Under the pieces are notes generated by a model. The model ran no database searches, was not told the origin of the DNA, and saw nothing but the letters and a program-made list of their open reading frames with translations. From Mytilus edulis (taxonomy: Eukaryota): DNA of 64,000 nt. The translations under genes were made by a program, and so were the position numbers. Below, in pieces: positions 36,463-49,770 of this stretch; position 1 is the stretch's first letter; every line of letters begins with the position of its first letter. Location of the stretch: positions 1,426,001 through 1,490,000 of the forward strand of contig NC_092347.1 in the NCBI RefSeq assembly GCF_963676685.1, written 5' to 3'.

Positions 36463-37149
36463 AAAAAAAAGGAAATTTAATACCAATAACCAAAGCACGA
36501 GGATGTATAGCTATATATATAGGTCTACGTGTGGCCTTCATCAATGAACAAAACACATCCCGTACATTAAGTAAAAAAGGCGACAACATAACAAAATGAG
36601 AAACTTTCAAAAGGACTAATTTATGCTAAAACTTATGAACGAAAAACAAATGTGACAGAGAGCAAGCCAACCAACGACTATCATGTATTGAATTTGAAGC
36701 TTCGGATTTAAGACTGTCATCATAGGAATGTAGCGGGTTTAATCTGGGAAGAAGGCGTTACAGCACAAAAGGACTAAACTATAAACAAATAGTTGTAAAA
36801 GGCTTCACTTCTCAGATTGGAACACAAAATAACTAAAAATATGGTAACGATCTTAGAGTACTTGTTGTTACTGACAACTCAAAGCAAAATCAAAATAAAT
36901 AAATAAGTCATGTTTCCCCAGACTATCTAATATCAGTCAAAACGCATCCGATGGGTTTAGTGTAAAGACATCATAAGCATTACACGAATATAACGGACGA
37001 GTTGAAAAACCCAAACACACTATATAAGAAGCGATCAAAGGAATATCAGCGTGAATAAAAAAAAACAGGAAACGAAAACTTTCCTATATATATATATATA
37101 TGTCATAACGATTTATATAATTTAAAAAGATCCCCATGTAAAACTGAAA

Positions 37150-37350
37150 TATCCTTCTGGACGGGTTTTACACTCTAATCGGTAGCGGCATTGACCATTT
37201 GGACGTGATATACACTATGGGAGTGCATCAGTAGCGGCATTCACCTTCTGGATGGTATATACCCTTGGGAACTCCATCAGTAAAGACATTGACCTTCATG
37301 GCGGGGTGCACACTACAGGACTGCATCAGTAGCGGCATTCACTCGCTGGT
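37150..37350 (+). repeat. Degenerate ~48-bp tandem repeat x4
   Basis: CATCAGTAGCGGCATT(G/C)ACC recurs near 37178, 37226, 37275 and 37325. Confidence 0.7.
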
Positions 37351-38101
37351 AGTACTATAAAGTATAAACGCATTATAAAAAAAGTAGAAGAAACAAAATT
37401 TGGATGATAGACGATAAGAAAGTGAATCTATACTTAAAGATGTTTACGGTCACAGAGGGAAGAAATTTGATAATCTGAAGACGCCAATTTGAAGAAGATG
37501 TCAAGAGTCAACAGACATATACACTTGATACATGACACTCATCACAAGTAAAGCAGTTAATGAAAAACCCTTATTACAATTCTTCTGTTTTTACTTCGAC
37601 ATGTGTCAACTGTAAAGGTTTGTTTAAACTGTCAATAAGTACAAGCTAAGTACAATAATAATAGTGAGTAGTTATTTATCACTGGAGCAGAAGAATTAAT
37701 TCGGATTATGATGTAATGTTCTAAGGAATTATACAGTTATTTCATATATTTATCGATTGATTAGATTAAGTAGGTTTGTTGAATTTGAATAAACAGATTC
37801 AATTAATTGAAAAGATTAAAGATGAAAAAAATATCAGCTGTAGTATGTAATATGCCAAATACTTCTTTGTACGGAAACAATCATAAGAAAATATATACAA
37901 ATAGTATGTTGACACATGAAAAGAAGTGAAATTCGGTCAAGAAATGAAATGGTTTATTAAGTTCTCTACAAAGATTTTTATAGAATGATGCAAAATAATT
38001 ATGGACACCAGGTGCAAAAATATGATTTCCCTATTTTTTTTAAATGAACATATCTTATCCGTATTATAGATACATTGATATTAATTAAACCCTATACTTA
38101 C

Positions 38102-39000
38102 GTGGCAATATAGGCAGTTGATGTGGTAGTGCCACTGCAAGTTTCAGAGTGTAGCAATATAAGCTGTTGGCTGTGTAGTGCCATTGCAATTTTCCGAGGG
38201 TGGCAATATAAGCTGTTGGTTCTGTTAGTGCCACTGCAAGTTTCTGAGTGTGGCAATATATAAGCTGTTGGTTCTGGTAGTGCCACTACAAGTTTCTGAG
38301 TGTGGCAATATAAGCTGTTGGTTGTGGTAGTGCCACTGCAAGTTTCCGAGTGTGGCGATATACGCTGTTGGTTGTGGTAGTGCCACTGCAAGTTTCCCGG
38401 TGTGGCAATATAAGCTGTTGGTTGTGGTAGTGCCACTCCAAATTTCAGATTTTGGCATTATAAGTTGTAAGTCGTGGTAGTGCCACTGCAAGTGTCCGAG
38501 TGTGGCAATATAAGCTGTTGGTTGTGGTAGTGCCACTGCAAGTTTCCGAGTGTGGCAGTATAAGCTGTTGGTTGTGGTAGTGCCACTACATTTTTCCGAG
38601 TCTGGCAGTATAAGCTGTTGATTGTGGTAATGTCACTATATTTTTCCGAGTGTGGCAATATAAGCTGTTGGTTGTGGTAGTGCCACTACATTTTTCCGAG
38701 TGTGGCAGTATAAGCTGTTAATTGTGGTAGTGTCACTACATTTTTCCGAGTGTGGAGATATGAGCTGATGGTTGTTGGGGCACTGCAAGTTTCTGAGTAC
38801 GGCAATATATGATGTTGACTGTGGTAGTGCCACTGCATGTTTTACGAGTGTGGAGATATGAGCTGTTTGTTGCGGTAGTGACACTGCAAGTTTCCGAGTG
38901 AGGCAATATAAGCTGTGGATTGTGGTAGTTCCAATGCAAATTTCCGAGTGAGGTAATATAAGCTGTGGATTGTGGTAGTTCCACTGCAAGTTTCCGAGCG
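38102..39000 (+). repeat. 50-bp satellite (GTGGCAATATAAGCTGTTGGTTGTGGTAGTGCCACTGCAAGTTTCCGAGT), about 18 units
   Basis: Period 50 (38302, 38352, 38402). Confidence 0.95.
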
Positions 39001-39805
39001 TATTCACTTTATGTGAATAATTAGATTAAGTGATATGAATGCTAATGAGACAACTCTCCATCCAAGTCAAAACTTGTAAAACTAAACCATGATAGGTCAA
39101 AGTACGGTCCTCAACACTAAGCCTAGACTCACGCCAAAAAGCAAGGTATAAAAGACCCCAAAATGTCTAATCATGTAAATCTATCCAAACGGAATGTACT
39201 CAAATTCAAAGTTCATAGAGGGAAAATGCTATAAATAATAACCGAGCGACTAATGCGAAAATACATGGGTAAAACTAAAACATCTTTCTTGCTAGTTAGT
39301 TCAGATCAATGTTATTTCGCATGTGGTTGTATAAGGGTGCATGCACTTTGGAAGATTTTTTCAATACTATTTTTTTACAATTATCTTCTTATCTCGATGA
39401 ATGAAAAGTACAATAGTTCTTTCATAAAAGACAACTTAATATAGGACTGCTTTTTTCTGGATGGAAATTCAAATCACAAAGTAACAAATTTTAAAAACAC
39501 AAGAAATGTCCGATATACTACCAAATAGTTTTGGTACATTAACTATAATCAAATAATTATTGAGTAACAATATTAACTTCCCATCCTAATGGAAGTTTTA
39601 TCTGTTACATCACACGGAAAATGACCAATTTTACCCACTTAGTAAACGGGAATATACCAAGCAAACTGTAATAATTTGTTTACTGTCAGTTAATAACTCT
39701 GTCAGTTATATATATACAACAGAGAACATAAAGTACATCTAACATCAGTTCAGGATTTAGAGTACTATCTAAAGATTCGAATATCTTGACAGTGAAAATA
39801 AACTT

Positions 39806-40090
39806 TTCAGGAGCCTGTAATTCAGTGGTTGTCGTTTGTTTTTGTGTTACATATTTGTTTTTCGTTCATTTTTTTTATTTTTTTTCACATAAATAAGGCC
39901 GTTAGTTTTCTCGTTTGAATTGTTTTACATTGTCTTATCAGGGCCTTTTATAGCTGACTATGCGGTATGGGCTTTGCTCATTGTTAAAGGCCGTACGGTG
40001 ACCTATAGTTGTTAATGTCTGCGTCATTTTGGTCTTTTGTGGATAGTTGTCTCATTGGCAATCATACCAAATCTTCTTTTTTTATATTTT
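39806..40090 (+). mobile_element. Interspersed repeat family B
   Basis: Colinear with 31450-31740 and 59030-59315; ends TCATACCAAATCTTCTTTTTTTATAT. Confidence 0.85.
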
Positions 40091-40184
40091 GTATGATTTT
40101 TAGCAATAATGGTGTTAAAAACATCTCCATGAATATTGTCTCTCCTAAAGTTACTGGTATGTGCAGCCATTTAATTTTCAAAAC

Positions 40185-42560
40185 AAAAAGGAATTTTGTA
40201 AAGCTTTTACCAATGATGGTGCATTGGAACAGAAAGGGATTTTTTATGATATTTAGCAATGGTTGTGTATGTCAACAGAAAGGGATTTTGTATGATATTT
40301 ATAGCAAAGATGTTGTAATTGAACAGAAAGGGATTTTGTATGATATTTAGCAAAGATGGTGTATGTGAACAGAAAGGGATTTTGTATGATATTTAGCAAA
40401 GATGGTGTATGTGAACAGAAAGGGATTTTGTATGATATTTAGCAATGATGTTGTAATTGAACAGAAAGGGATTTTGTATGATATTTAGCAATGATGTGGT
40501 AATTGAACAGAAAGGGATTTTGTATGATATTTAGCAAAGATGGTGTTTGTGAACAGAAAGGGATTTTGTATGATATTTAGCAATGATGGTGTATGTGAAC
40601 AGAAAGGGATTTTGTATGATATTTAGCAAAGATGGTGTATGTGAACAGAAAGGGATTTTGTATGATATTTAGCAATGATGTTGTAATTGAACAGAAAGGG
40701 ATATTTTATGATATTTAGCAATGATGGTGTTTGTGAACAGAAAGGGATTTTGTATGATATTTAGCAATGATGTTGTAATTGAACAGAAAGGGATTTTGTA
40801 TGATATTTAGCAATGATGGTGTATGTGAACAGAAAGGGATTTTGTATGATATTTAGCAATGATGTGGTAATTGAACAGAAAGGGATTTTGTATGATATTT
40901 AGCAAAGATTTTATATGTCAACAGAAAGGGATTTTGTATGATATTTAGCAAAGATGGTGTATGTGAACAGAAAGGGATTTTGTATGATATTTAGCAAAGA
41001 TGGTGTATGTGAACAGAAAGGGATTTTGTATGATATTTAGCAATGATGTTGTAATTGAACAGAAAGGGATTTTGTATGATATTTAGCAATGATGGTGTTT
41101 GTGAACAGAAAGGGATTTTGTATGATATTTAGCAATGATGTTGTAATTGAACAGAAAGGGATTTTGTATGATATTTAGCAATGATGGTGTATGTGAACAG
41201 AAAGGGATTTTGTATGATATTTAGCAATGATGTGGTAATTGAACAGAAAGGGATTTTGTATGATATTTAGCAATGATGTGGTAATTGAACAGAAAGGGAT
41301 TTTGTATAATATTTAGCAAAGATGGTGTTTGTGAACAGAAAGGGATTTTGTATGATATTTAGCAAAGATGTTATATGTGAACAGAAAGGGATTTTGTATG
41401 ATATTTAGCAATGATGTTGTAATTGAACAGAGAGGGATTTTGTATGATATTCAGCAATGATGGTGTTTGTGGACAGAAAGGGATTTTGTATGATATTTAG
41501 CAATGATGTTGTAATTGAACAGAAAGGGATTTTGTATGATATTTAGCAATGATGTTGTAATTGAACAGAAAGGGATTTTGTATGATATTTAGCAAAGATG
41601 GTGTATGTGAACAGAAAGGGATTTTGTATGATATTTAGCAAAGATGTTGTATGTGAACAGAAAGGGATTTTGTATGATATTTAGCAATGATGTTGTAATT
41701 GAACAGAAAGGGATTTTGTATGATATTTAGCAATGATGTTGTAATTGAACAGAAAGGGATTTTGTATGATATTTAGCAATGATTGTGTTTGTGAACAGAA
41801 AGGGATTTTGTATGATATTTAGCAAAGATGGTGTTTGTGAACAGAAAGGGATTTTGTATGATATTTAGCAAAGATGGTGTATGTAAACAGAAAGGGATTT
41901 TGTATGATATTTAGCAATGATGTTGTAATTGAACAGAAAGGGATTTTGTATGATATTTAGCAATGATGTTGTAATTGAACAGAAAGGGATTTTGTATGAT
42001 ATTTAGCAATGATTGTGTATGTGAACAGAAAGGGATTTTGTATGATATTTAGCAAAGATGGTGTATGTAAACAGAAAGGGATTTTGTATGATATTTAGCA
42101 ATGATGTTGTAATTGAACAGAAAGGGATTTTGTATGATATTTAGCAATGATGTTGTAATTGAACAGAAAGGGATTTTGTATGATATTTAGCAATGATTGT
42201 GTATGTGAACAGAAAGGGATTTTGTATGATATTTAGCAAAGATGTTATATGTGTCAGAACAGAAAGGGATTTTGTATGATATTTAGCAACGATGTTGTAT
42301 GTCAACAGAAAGGGATTTTGTATGATATTAAGCAAAGATGTTATATGTGTCAGAACAGAAAGGGATTTTGTATGATATTTAGCAAAGATGTTATATGTGT
42401 CAGAACAGAAAGGGATTTTGTATGATATTTAGCAAAGATGTTATATGTGTCAGAACAGAAAGGGATTTTGTATGATATTTAGCAAAGATGGTGTATGTCA
42501 ACAGAAAGGGATTTTGTGTGATATTTAGCAAAGATGGTGTATGTCAACAGAAATGGGATT
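40185..42560 (+). repeat. 46-bp satellite: constant GAACAGAAAGGGATTTTGTATGATATTTAGCAA plus a 13-bp variant segment, about 50 units
   Basis: Period 46. A few 50-bp variant units lie near the right end (42240-42460). Confidence 0.97.
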
Positions 42561-43979
42561 ATTCTGATTCCCTCAATGTTTGCTATTACATGAATTACAA
42601 TAAAATTTCTACTATTTAAGAGCTTGAAAAACTAGAGAAAATGGATTGTGTTGGGGAAAAAGAACAAGCAAATCTACATGTATAGTGTCTCTCTTCATGT
42701 TACGGGGAGGAGACGATCATCATTCAATTTCTAGAGAGGATAGCAAGAGGAATAGGAAAACGAATATCAATAAAATAGCTGACAATATATTTCCTTGCAT
42801 GAAAATGAATACTACTATTCTGCAACACAAAATGAAGAAGAAAATTGTTTACAAAACTGAAAAAAATTAAGCATGCATTGCAACATCTGAAAATGAATAC
42901 TAGTAGTCAATTGCAAAACATAATGTATAGAACATTACATTTCATCATCATCTTTCGTAAAGGGAGACGTTTCAGACGGATTTTTATTTTTTGGAAGTCT
43001 TTTGAAATTGAGTAATTGATGAATGGGTGATCGTGTTGCGTGTGAGACTTCAGTAAGAGATCTTTAATTAGTAACACTTCCGACAGTTCTATCTTTTACA
43101 TTGATCAATCTACCTGTTATTCGCGGGTGGTAATACGAGTTATTAATATCAATCACAAGACTTTTTTCAATGTTTAACATCATATACAAGAAACAACAAA
43201 GGAAATATTAAAAGGATTTTTATTGGTGTTTAATATATAATGAAAAGGAATGGTTTTATCTGTCCTTTGAAACGTACCTGAATTAATAGTTAATCAGAAC
43301 ATCAACATCTTTATATACATGATCTAGAATATTTTATTGACGATCATATTTATAAACCAACTGGAGCAAAGAATTTCTGAACTAGACAAGGGTTGAAATT
43401 TCATTCCTAAAGGTAGAATTTGAAATTATGAGGACACGTTACATTTCTTCATTAATAATAAATAATTAGGATTTGAGAGTCCACATGTAGCAGCAATTTT
43501 TGTTGGCTATGCCATTTGCACTGATATTTAAAAGGTATGTTTTGGTGCATTTCGTTGTCTTATCATTCTTATCTCATAATCTTGTTTTAAAGGTTTTCAG
43601 AAAAATATGTAATAGGACAAATAGTAGCTTTTCTAAAAAGCTTGGAATTGGAAAGCTCAAAGCCTTTATAATTCTAAAGAACCTACCGTCTCAAACGTTT
43701 TAATTACAGTTTGGCGTTTATTTAGTCACAAATGTGGGTAAGACTTCATGGATTTCAGTTACACAAGTAAAAGCTTTTTAAAAAAGCATGAAATATTTTT
43801 TTCCTGAAAAATAATCGTTTAAAATTTGTACTTATAGATGCAGCTGTTTTTTCTGGGTAAAGTTATTTCTAAACCACAAGCGTCCTCACCATTTTCTCGT
43901 TTTGGTTATGATTTGAAACTAATGTATATAGTTAAAGTCAGGATTTAGAACACATGAATGCATTTACGTATATACACTG

Positions 43980-44750
43980 GCAACACTCCTTTTGCGCCAA
44001 TTACAGTTTTTCAGGGGTATCATTTGCGCCAAAATTTTGTTTTCCAAATGTATCAATTGCGCCAATATTCGGAACTCATTTGCGCCACTTTACCTGTACA
44101 CATGTATATCATAAATATTAATGATTAATATTTATTCTTATGTTTGGCTTAAAAAGTATTATATGTTCAGAGATATATTTCACCATGAAAATGAGCTTCT
44201 GGAGACTTGAAGTGCATTAGACAGTCCATGTACAGAGAGAGAAGAAACATTATTGCTTTGCTGAATATTTAATACAAGATATGCCAAAAAAAAGAGAAGA
44301 AAATAGAAGCTTTTGCTGATAATTTTTTTAGCCATGCACATATGTTGATGACACAGTGCTGTGATCCCACCATCCGTTTGGGCTGAAACTCTATCTATCA
44401 GTAATAGAACAGAAGTATTCCACGGGAATTATTATGAACTGTTTTATGTATTTCATCTTTAAATGTTTGTCTTTTTGGACAATAAAGTGAAGTGACAAGC
44501 TACTAAGCTAGTAAGGCGGTAAGAAGAAAGTATGTTTCAGAAAAGGAAATATTTGCCGTTTAAACTGCCGGTTCCAAGTCCGAATAAAGGAGGAGGGAAG
44601 TGATTTTTCTTCCATAAATGGCGCAATCGTATGTTTTATTTTTGGCGCAAATGATACCATGTAATTTTAAAACAGGTAGCGCAAACGTAGCATTGGACAA
44701 AAAAATTGTGGCGCAAAAGGACGCATTTTTGGCGCAAACGGATCTCTCCC
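43980..44750 (+). mobile_element. Mutator (MULE)-derived non-autonomous element with a transposase remnant, 9-bp TSD
   Basis: TATACACTG at 43971-43979 and 44751-44759. Subterminal TTGCGCCA x4 on the left and repeated inverse GGCGCAA motifs on the right. 44367 onward reads PPSVWAETLSISNRTEVFHGNYYELFYVFHL*MFVFLD, resembling the MULE W...TNN..E.FH region. Confidence 0.8.
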
Positions 44751-46406
44751 TATACACTGTTCCATTCTCAGTTTAATTCAAAACATTTCATTTAAGGTAA
44801 GACGAGAAGTAATTTAGAATTTAAAGTAGTACTAGTATGACGATTTCCGTCTAAATTTTATTATAGCATATACTGGCATACAAAGTGTCGATTGTTCTTT
44901 TAGGGAAAATAGATTATTTCCTTTTAGTTGACCCTCTAGGTGAAAGGAAGTCAATTTTGGGGTGTTGTGATGTGATGTATGAATCTAATTATTTTTATTC
45001 TTTTATTATGAATAACTGCAGTGTGAATATTTATAATATATTTATAAATATATGGGAATATGTTTGACAGAATTCTTCGAAACGGTTTCTGTTTTCATAA
45101 ATTTGGTTTAAATTACGGTTGCTATGTATAACTAATATAAGCTCAATGGAAAGAAAATCTTTCCACCATTTTACTTAAATTTCTGAAACAGGATAATAAA
45201 ACACTAATATCACAAGAAAACAGTATTGCCTTGGAGTGTTTTTAATCAAAAATAGCGAATTAAGAAAATATAAGTGATGTCGCCTATGGCTGAAAAAATA
45301 CTACCAGTTTCCTTTTACTCTAACTTCTAATTTAGAAATATAAATCTCTACAACACGAATCATCGCCGGATCGTCTTCACTAATTAGATATCGACAGACA
45401 TTCTGTACAACAAAAAGGCGGCTGTCCACACCAAGTTTTCACATACAATACTTATGTTAGCACTAGCAATATCGGCTAATCAATTAGTCATAACGAGGCT
45501 ATAATTAACAAATAAAGTTAGTAAAGCATCAATGAACAATTCCGTCTATTTCCAGTGATGGTGAACTGATCAAGTTAACGATAAATGAGATAATAGAAGT
45601 GCATTCTTCTGAAATAAATATTAATTATTGCAGATAAGATGAAAGCTTTCGTTGTATCTCATTTGTGGGAGATAAATTACTTGTTTCGATATATATTATA
45701 AACATATTTGTCATTAATTAAATGATATTTATGGGATTTTTCTCCACCGTAAATAGTTATACACCGCCTAGTTCAAGTCACCGTTTCCGAAGAATAGATT
45801 ATGTGATTGAATTGACGAAAAGCCTAATGTCGTGATCATAAAAATATTTAAACTGCTGCATTTTACACACCATTACCTTTAGATCCTTTCAACTTCTTAA
45901 TTTTAAACGACCCATTACATGCAATTCCCAGCTAGACCAGCCAAATACATGTTGAGAGATTTACAAAGTACATTTGAAAAAATTTCGGTTGTAAATTCCA
46001 TCTGCTACGATATAGATGTTTAAAAATTGTTTAGTACATTGGAATGGAATTTGTAAAATTCCTCAATTCTGTTTATCAAACTTTTTAAAATGCGCATTGC
46101 ACTGACATTTAAACTAGCATTGGCTATATACTATGACAGTCTTAATATGATGGTCAAAAAGTTGGGACCATACACGTTTCTGTAATTCTAAATAAAGTGT
46201 AGTGTTTCAGATGAAAACACCATCCAGGTCAAATGCCAATTAAGACAGCTGAGAGCATCAGAATCAATAAAGGACAGACATTAAGAAAGGTCTCTTTTCT
46301 TTTGGAATATTTCTTATTTTGTCACGGGTCCTTTATAGCTAACTATACAGTTTGTGTTTTGCTTATTGATAACATTATTTTTTTTATATAAGCAATGACT
46401 CTTTGT

Positions 46407-46625
46407 TATGGGGGCGGGTTTTATGCCGGGGCGTGGCAGGTGTGCACCCTCCTAAAATTTGCAAATCATGGGTTCGCTTAGCGCGATATCTACCTTGCAC
46501 CCACTCTAGAAGAATATTTCGATAATTTTACCGCAAACAAATTTTGTATATCGCCTCGCTCCGCTCATCGAAGATTTTAGTTGACCTCCCCCTTCCCCCA
46601 ACCTAAAATCCTGGATCCGCCCCTG
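46407..46625. mobile_element. GGCGGATCC-type MITE with 5-bp TSD
   Basis: Right end CCTGGATCCGCCCCTG; degenerate left end TATGGGGGCGGGTTT. TTTGT at 46402-46406 and 46626-46630. Confidence 0.72.
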
Positions 46626-47289
46626 TTTGTATATCTTTAATATTGTGGCGGGAGCATCAACTTTAGCTAACAGTACACACGTGTTTAACGTCAACCATAA
46701 AGTTAAAGAGTAAAAAGGACAAATGAAACAGAAACTGAAATAAACAAGACAATAAAAATAACCCGGATGAGCCCGAGTTCTTTGTAAGAGTTACAGTTAC
46801 AGTTCCTGTATCACTAGTGGTACCCGCAGTGTTGGTACAGACAAGCGGACAGATCTGTGATCATTTGGAACGGACAGTTAACAATACGGATCAAGGATTT
46901 TAATTTGATAGATAGAATAATTCTGTTGAGAAATAGCTCTGTCTTCTGAGGAGTTTCTCAGTCCGGTCATGTAGAAGTTCTAAGTCTCTTTTCAGACATT
47001 TCTATGATGTAAAATCAATACTTATTGTATTATTCTGTTATAATTATTGATAACAATGTTCTATTGACGTTCGATGCATGAAGCCATTATTATTTGAACG
47101 TTTCGAAAAAAATCATTCTTAAACATGAAGCTAAATTAAGGTAGCGACTTTCTGAACTACTTCAGAAAGTTTCCACGGCCTACATAGTATTATGGAAAAA
47201 TAACTGATAACCAATTATTACATATTTTCGGAAGTTTAAAATGAAAATTATGAAAATTGGACAATTTTGACATTCATGCAGTCGTTTAT

Positions 47290-47640
47290 ACGAATACGAA
47301 TATGAATGCGAATACGAAAGTTTTATTTTGATTCGGTTAACATGTAACATTACAAACGTAGCTCTATTAAAAGAGCTTTTTACCGAATATAAAATAACAT
47401 CAACACAACATAAAAAACACAACATGCAGACAAAATATATAACAGCACAGGCATATTGAAATAAATGCAAAGCAATTTGTTGAGGACCTTAATATGTAGA
47501 AATAGTAAAGGTGAGCTTAATATCCTTTCCTACAGAGGACTCATTAATGGCCAAAATGTATCTCAGTAGGCTCTTTGCTTCCCCTAATCAAAAACATATT
47601 CATGTTTGTAATACGATGTTTAAATATGATGAATTCACTG
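47290..47640 (-). mobile_element. Possible LINE 3' fragment with (TTCGTA)n tail
   Basis: On the minus strand, AATAAA is followed by about five TTCGTA-like units (plus strand TACGAA repeats at 47289-47318). The distal boundary is uncertain. Confidence 0.4.
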
Positions 47641-49432
47641 CATGTTTAATATTGCTCAGCGATATGGTAATATAATACAGAAATTACCACGACCAACAGC
47701 AACCAGTAACAACTTGTTCGTAAGTTAAAGAAACACAAGATGAACAAAGACAAAGAGTAAAGTACAGCATATTTAGTCCGAGTAGGTGCAAGATTTGTTT
47801 TTCCGAAAACCCGTTGTATGAAAAACACACTCAAAAACCTGAACTGTATACAGCCATCAACAAGGTGATAGTATCTAAAATGGCAACGCTTTTATCGTTT
47901 ATATTCACAACAATAATTTAATACGGGATAGCACTTTACAATATTAAGTGTTCTGACGACATATATTTAATCAGTTTTTGATATACAATTAATCACAATA
48001 ATCCTTTATTATATATAACAGACGAAAAATAAAAAAGTTGTTGTTGAAAAAACTGATAAGATCGAAGCTTTCCATCAGACTCAACAATAGATCATTGTGT
48101 TGATCAAATTAACCTCCGCTGATATATGTTAATAGTGCACTTACCAATGAGAAATACGGAGGTGTACAAAAATAATTTTCCCTTTCATGACGGGTGTAAT
48201 TTATTCTTATGAAGACTTTCTTACCGAGGTAGTCTATCAATAGGTCTCCTCTCTAACCCTGGGACTATATTATTCAATGCTACGAAATAAACAAGCCCAA
48301 TGACAGATTTCATATTTCTTTATCATGTAATTGGATAATTGTTGTCAAGACGTCAAAAATGGGAATTTCATAAACCCACGATGAAAATGGTATAGGTTTA
48401 ATTTGACAAAATAAGAAAAAAAAACACGTCAGCCTATATAACGGGTTATATTCTCTTTTGTGAAATCTCACTGCAATTCAAATTGTTGGTTTTATTTCCT
48501 ATTTTCTCTGTGATATTTCGAGTTATTCCACAGCGCAGTTCAGTAGATTGCCTCTTACATCATTTTGAAGTTATGTTAATTATAAATGTCAATCAACGAG
48601 GAAGATTTTTTTTTTAAATTCCTAGATTTGAAAAATTGGTTTAACTTTTCTTTGCAAATACTTTTCTTCAACGAAGTCATTACTACAAGGAATCAAGGCT
48701 TATTTTCTCATAATTATTACTCCGTCAATTGCTGTCGGATTTCACAAACATTTCTTGTCTAAATGGTTGGGTACTTATTTGTTTAATTATTAAATATTTT
48801 TTTGTACAAATAGTTATCAATTTAATGATTGTAACTTTATGCATCTTTGTTCGTTAACATTTTCTGCTGATGATGTAAAGAAAACTTGTGCAAGGTCTTC
48901 TTAATTATAAAAAAGATTACACTGAATAGCTAGCCTGGTCATGTAAATGACAGTTGAATTCAAATTTTACAGTGTGAAGCGAGACAACTCTAAATTTTTG
49001 AATAAGAGAAAGAAAAAGTAGTAGTGTAATGTGGTCCACAATTATCGTTCTTTGATTTTCGTTGTCCTGCTCCTAGTGTTGACAGTGTGTTACTTGCCAA
49101 TATCTTTTTTTATACCCCTACCAAATTCATTTTCCATGTTTTATGCCTCAAATATCAAGTAAAGGGTGGGGCTTGGAAATTACACTGTAAAAAAAACTTG
49201 GGTTTTGGTCCAACTGAAAAAGGTGAAAAATTAGCACTTCGGAAGCAGTCAAAAGATTTTAAGACCCCCTTAACATACATTTGCCAATATTTTGATTTAG
49301 AGTCAATGAAGTTTTCTATAGTTTTGATATAATTTGTCCCAAAAGTAGTACAACACATTGTAAAAATCTTATTGAGATAGCGCAGGTGGGATTTTTTCAA
49401 TTTCCATTTATTGCCTAAAATAAATGCACTAC

Positions 49433-49770
49433 GAAACAAGTGACAATGCGAGCTACTGCTCACTGATGATACCCCCGCCGCAAGTGGATAATTTCAATAG
49501 TGTAAAATGTGCAAGTTTTTGGTAAACAGGAAGTTGTCGAGTGATGAATCGGAAAACGCATCACACGGTATAGCTGACTTGTATAAATCCTGAAACCATT
49601 TCATAAAATCCTTGTATTGTAGTTCCTGAGAAAAATGTGACGAAAATTTTCCACTTGGCTATCAGGTGATAAAATATGCAAGTGTTCGGTAAACAGGAAG
49701 TTGTTGAGTGATGAATCTGAAAACGCATCACACGGTATAGCTGACTTGTATAAATCCTGAAACCAAATTA
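49433..49770 (-). mobile_element. Truncated HINE with ~167-bp tandem core repeats
   Basis: AAACAAG end followed by hairpin GAGC-TACT-GCTC. GGTAAACAGGAAGTTGT.GAGTGATGAATC occurs at 49521 and 49688. Confidence 0.7.

Noticed and set aside
38098-39007. Repetitive ORFs (ALPQPTAYIATL)
   Set aside because: They are translations of the 50-bp satellite.
40185-42560. CRISPR-like repeat-spacer array
   Set aside because: The variable segments are only 13 nt, mutually homologous and reused; there are no cas genes and the context is eukaryotic.
42960-43430. Possible Penelope RT remnant (also ~46940-47030)
   Set aside because: Only a vague resemblance (VIDINNS...VKDRT; KSLFRHFY); cannot be supported without a profile search.
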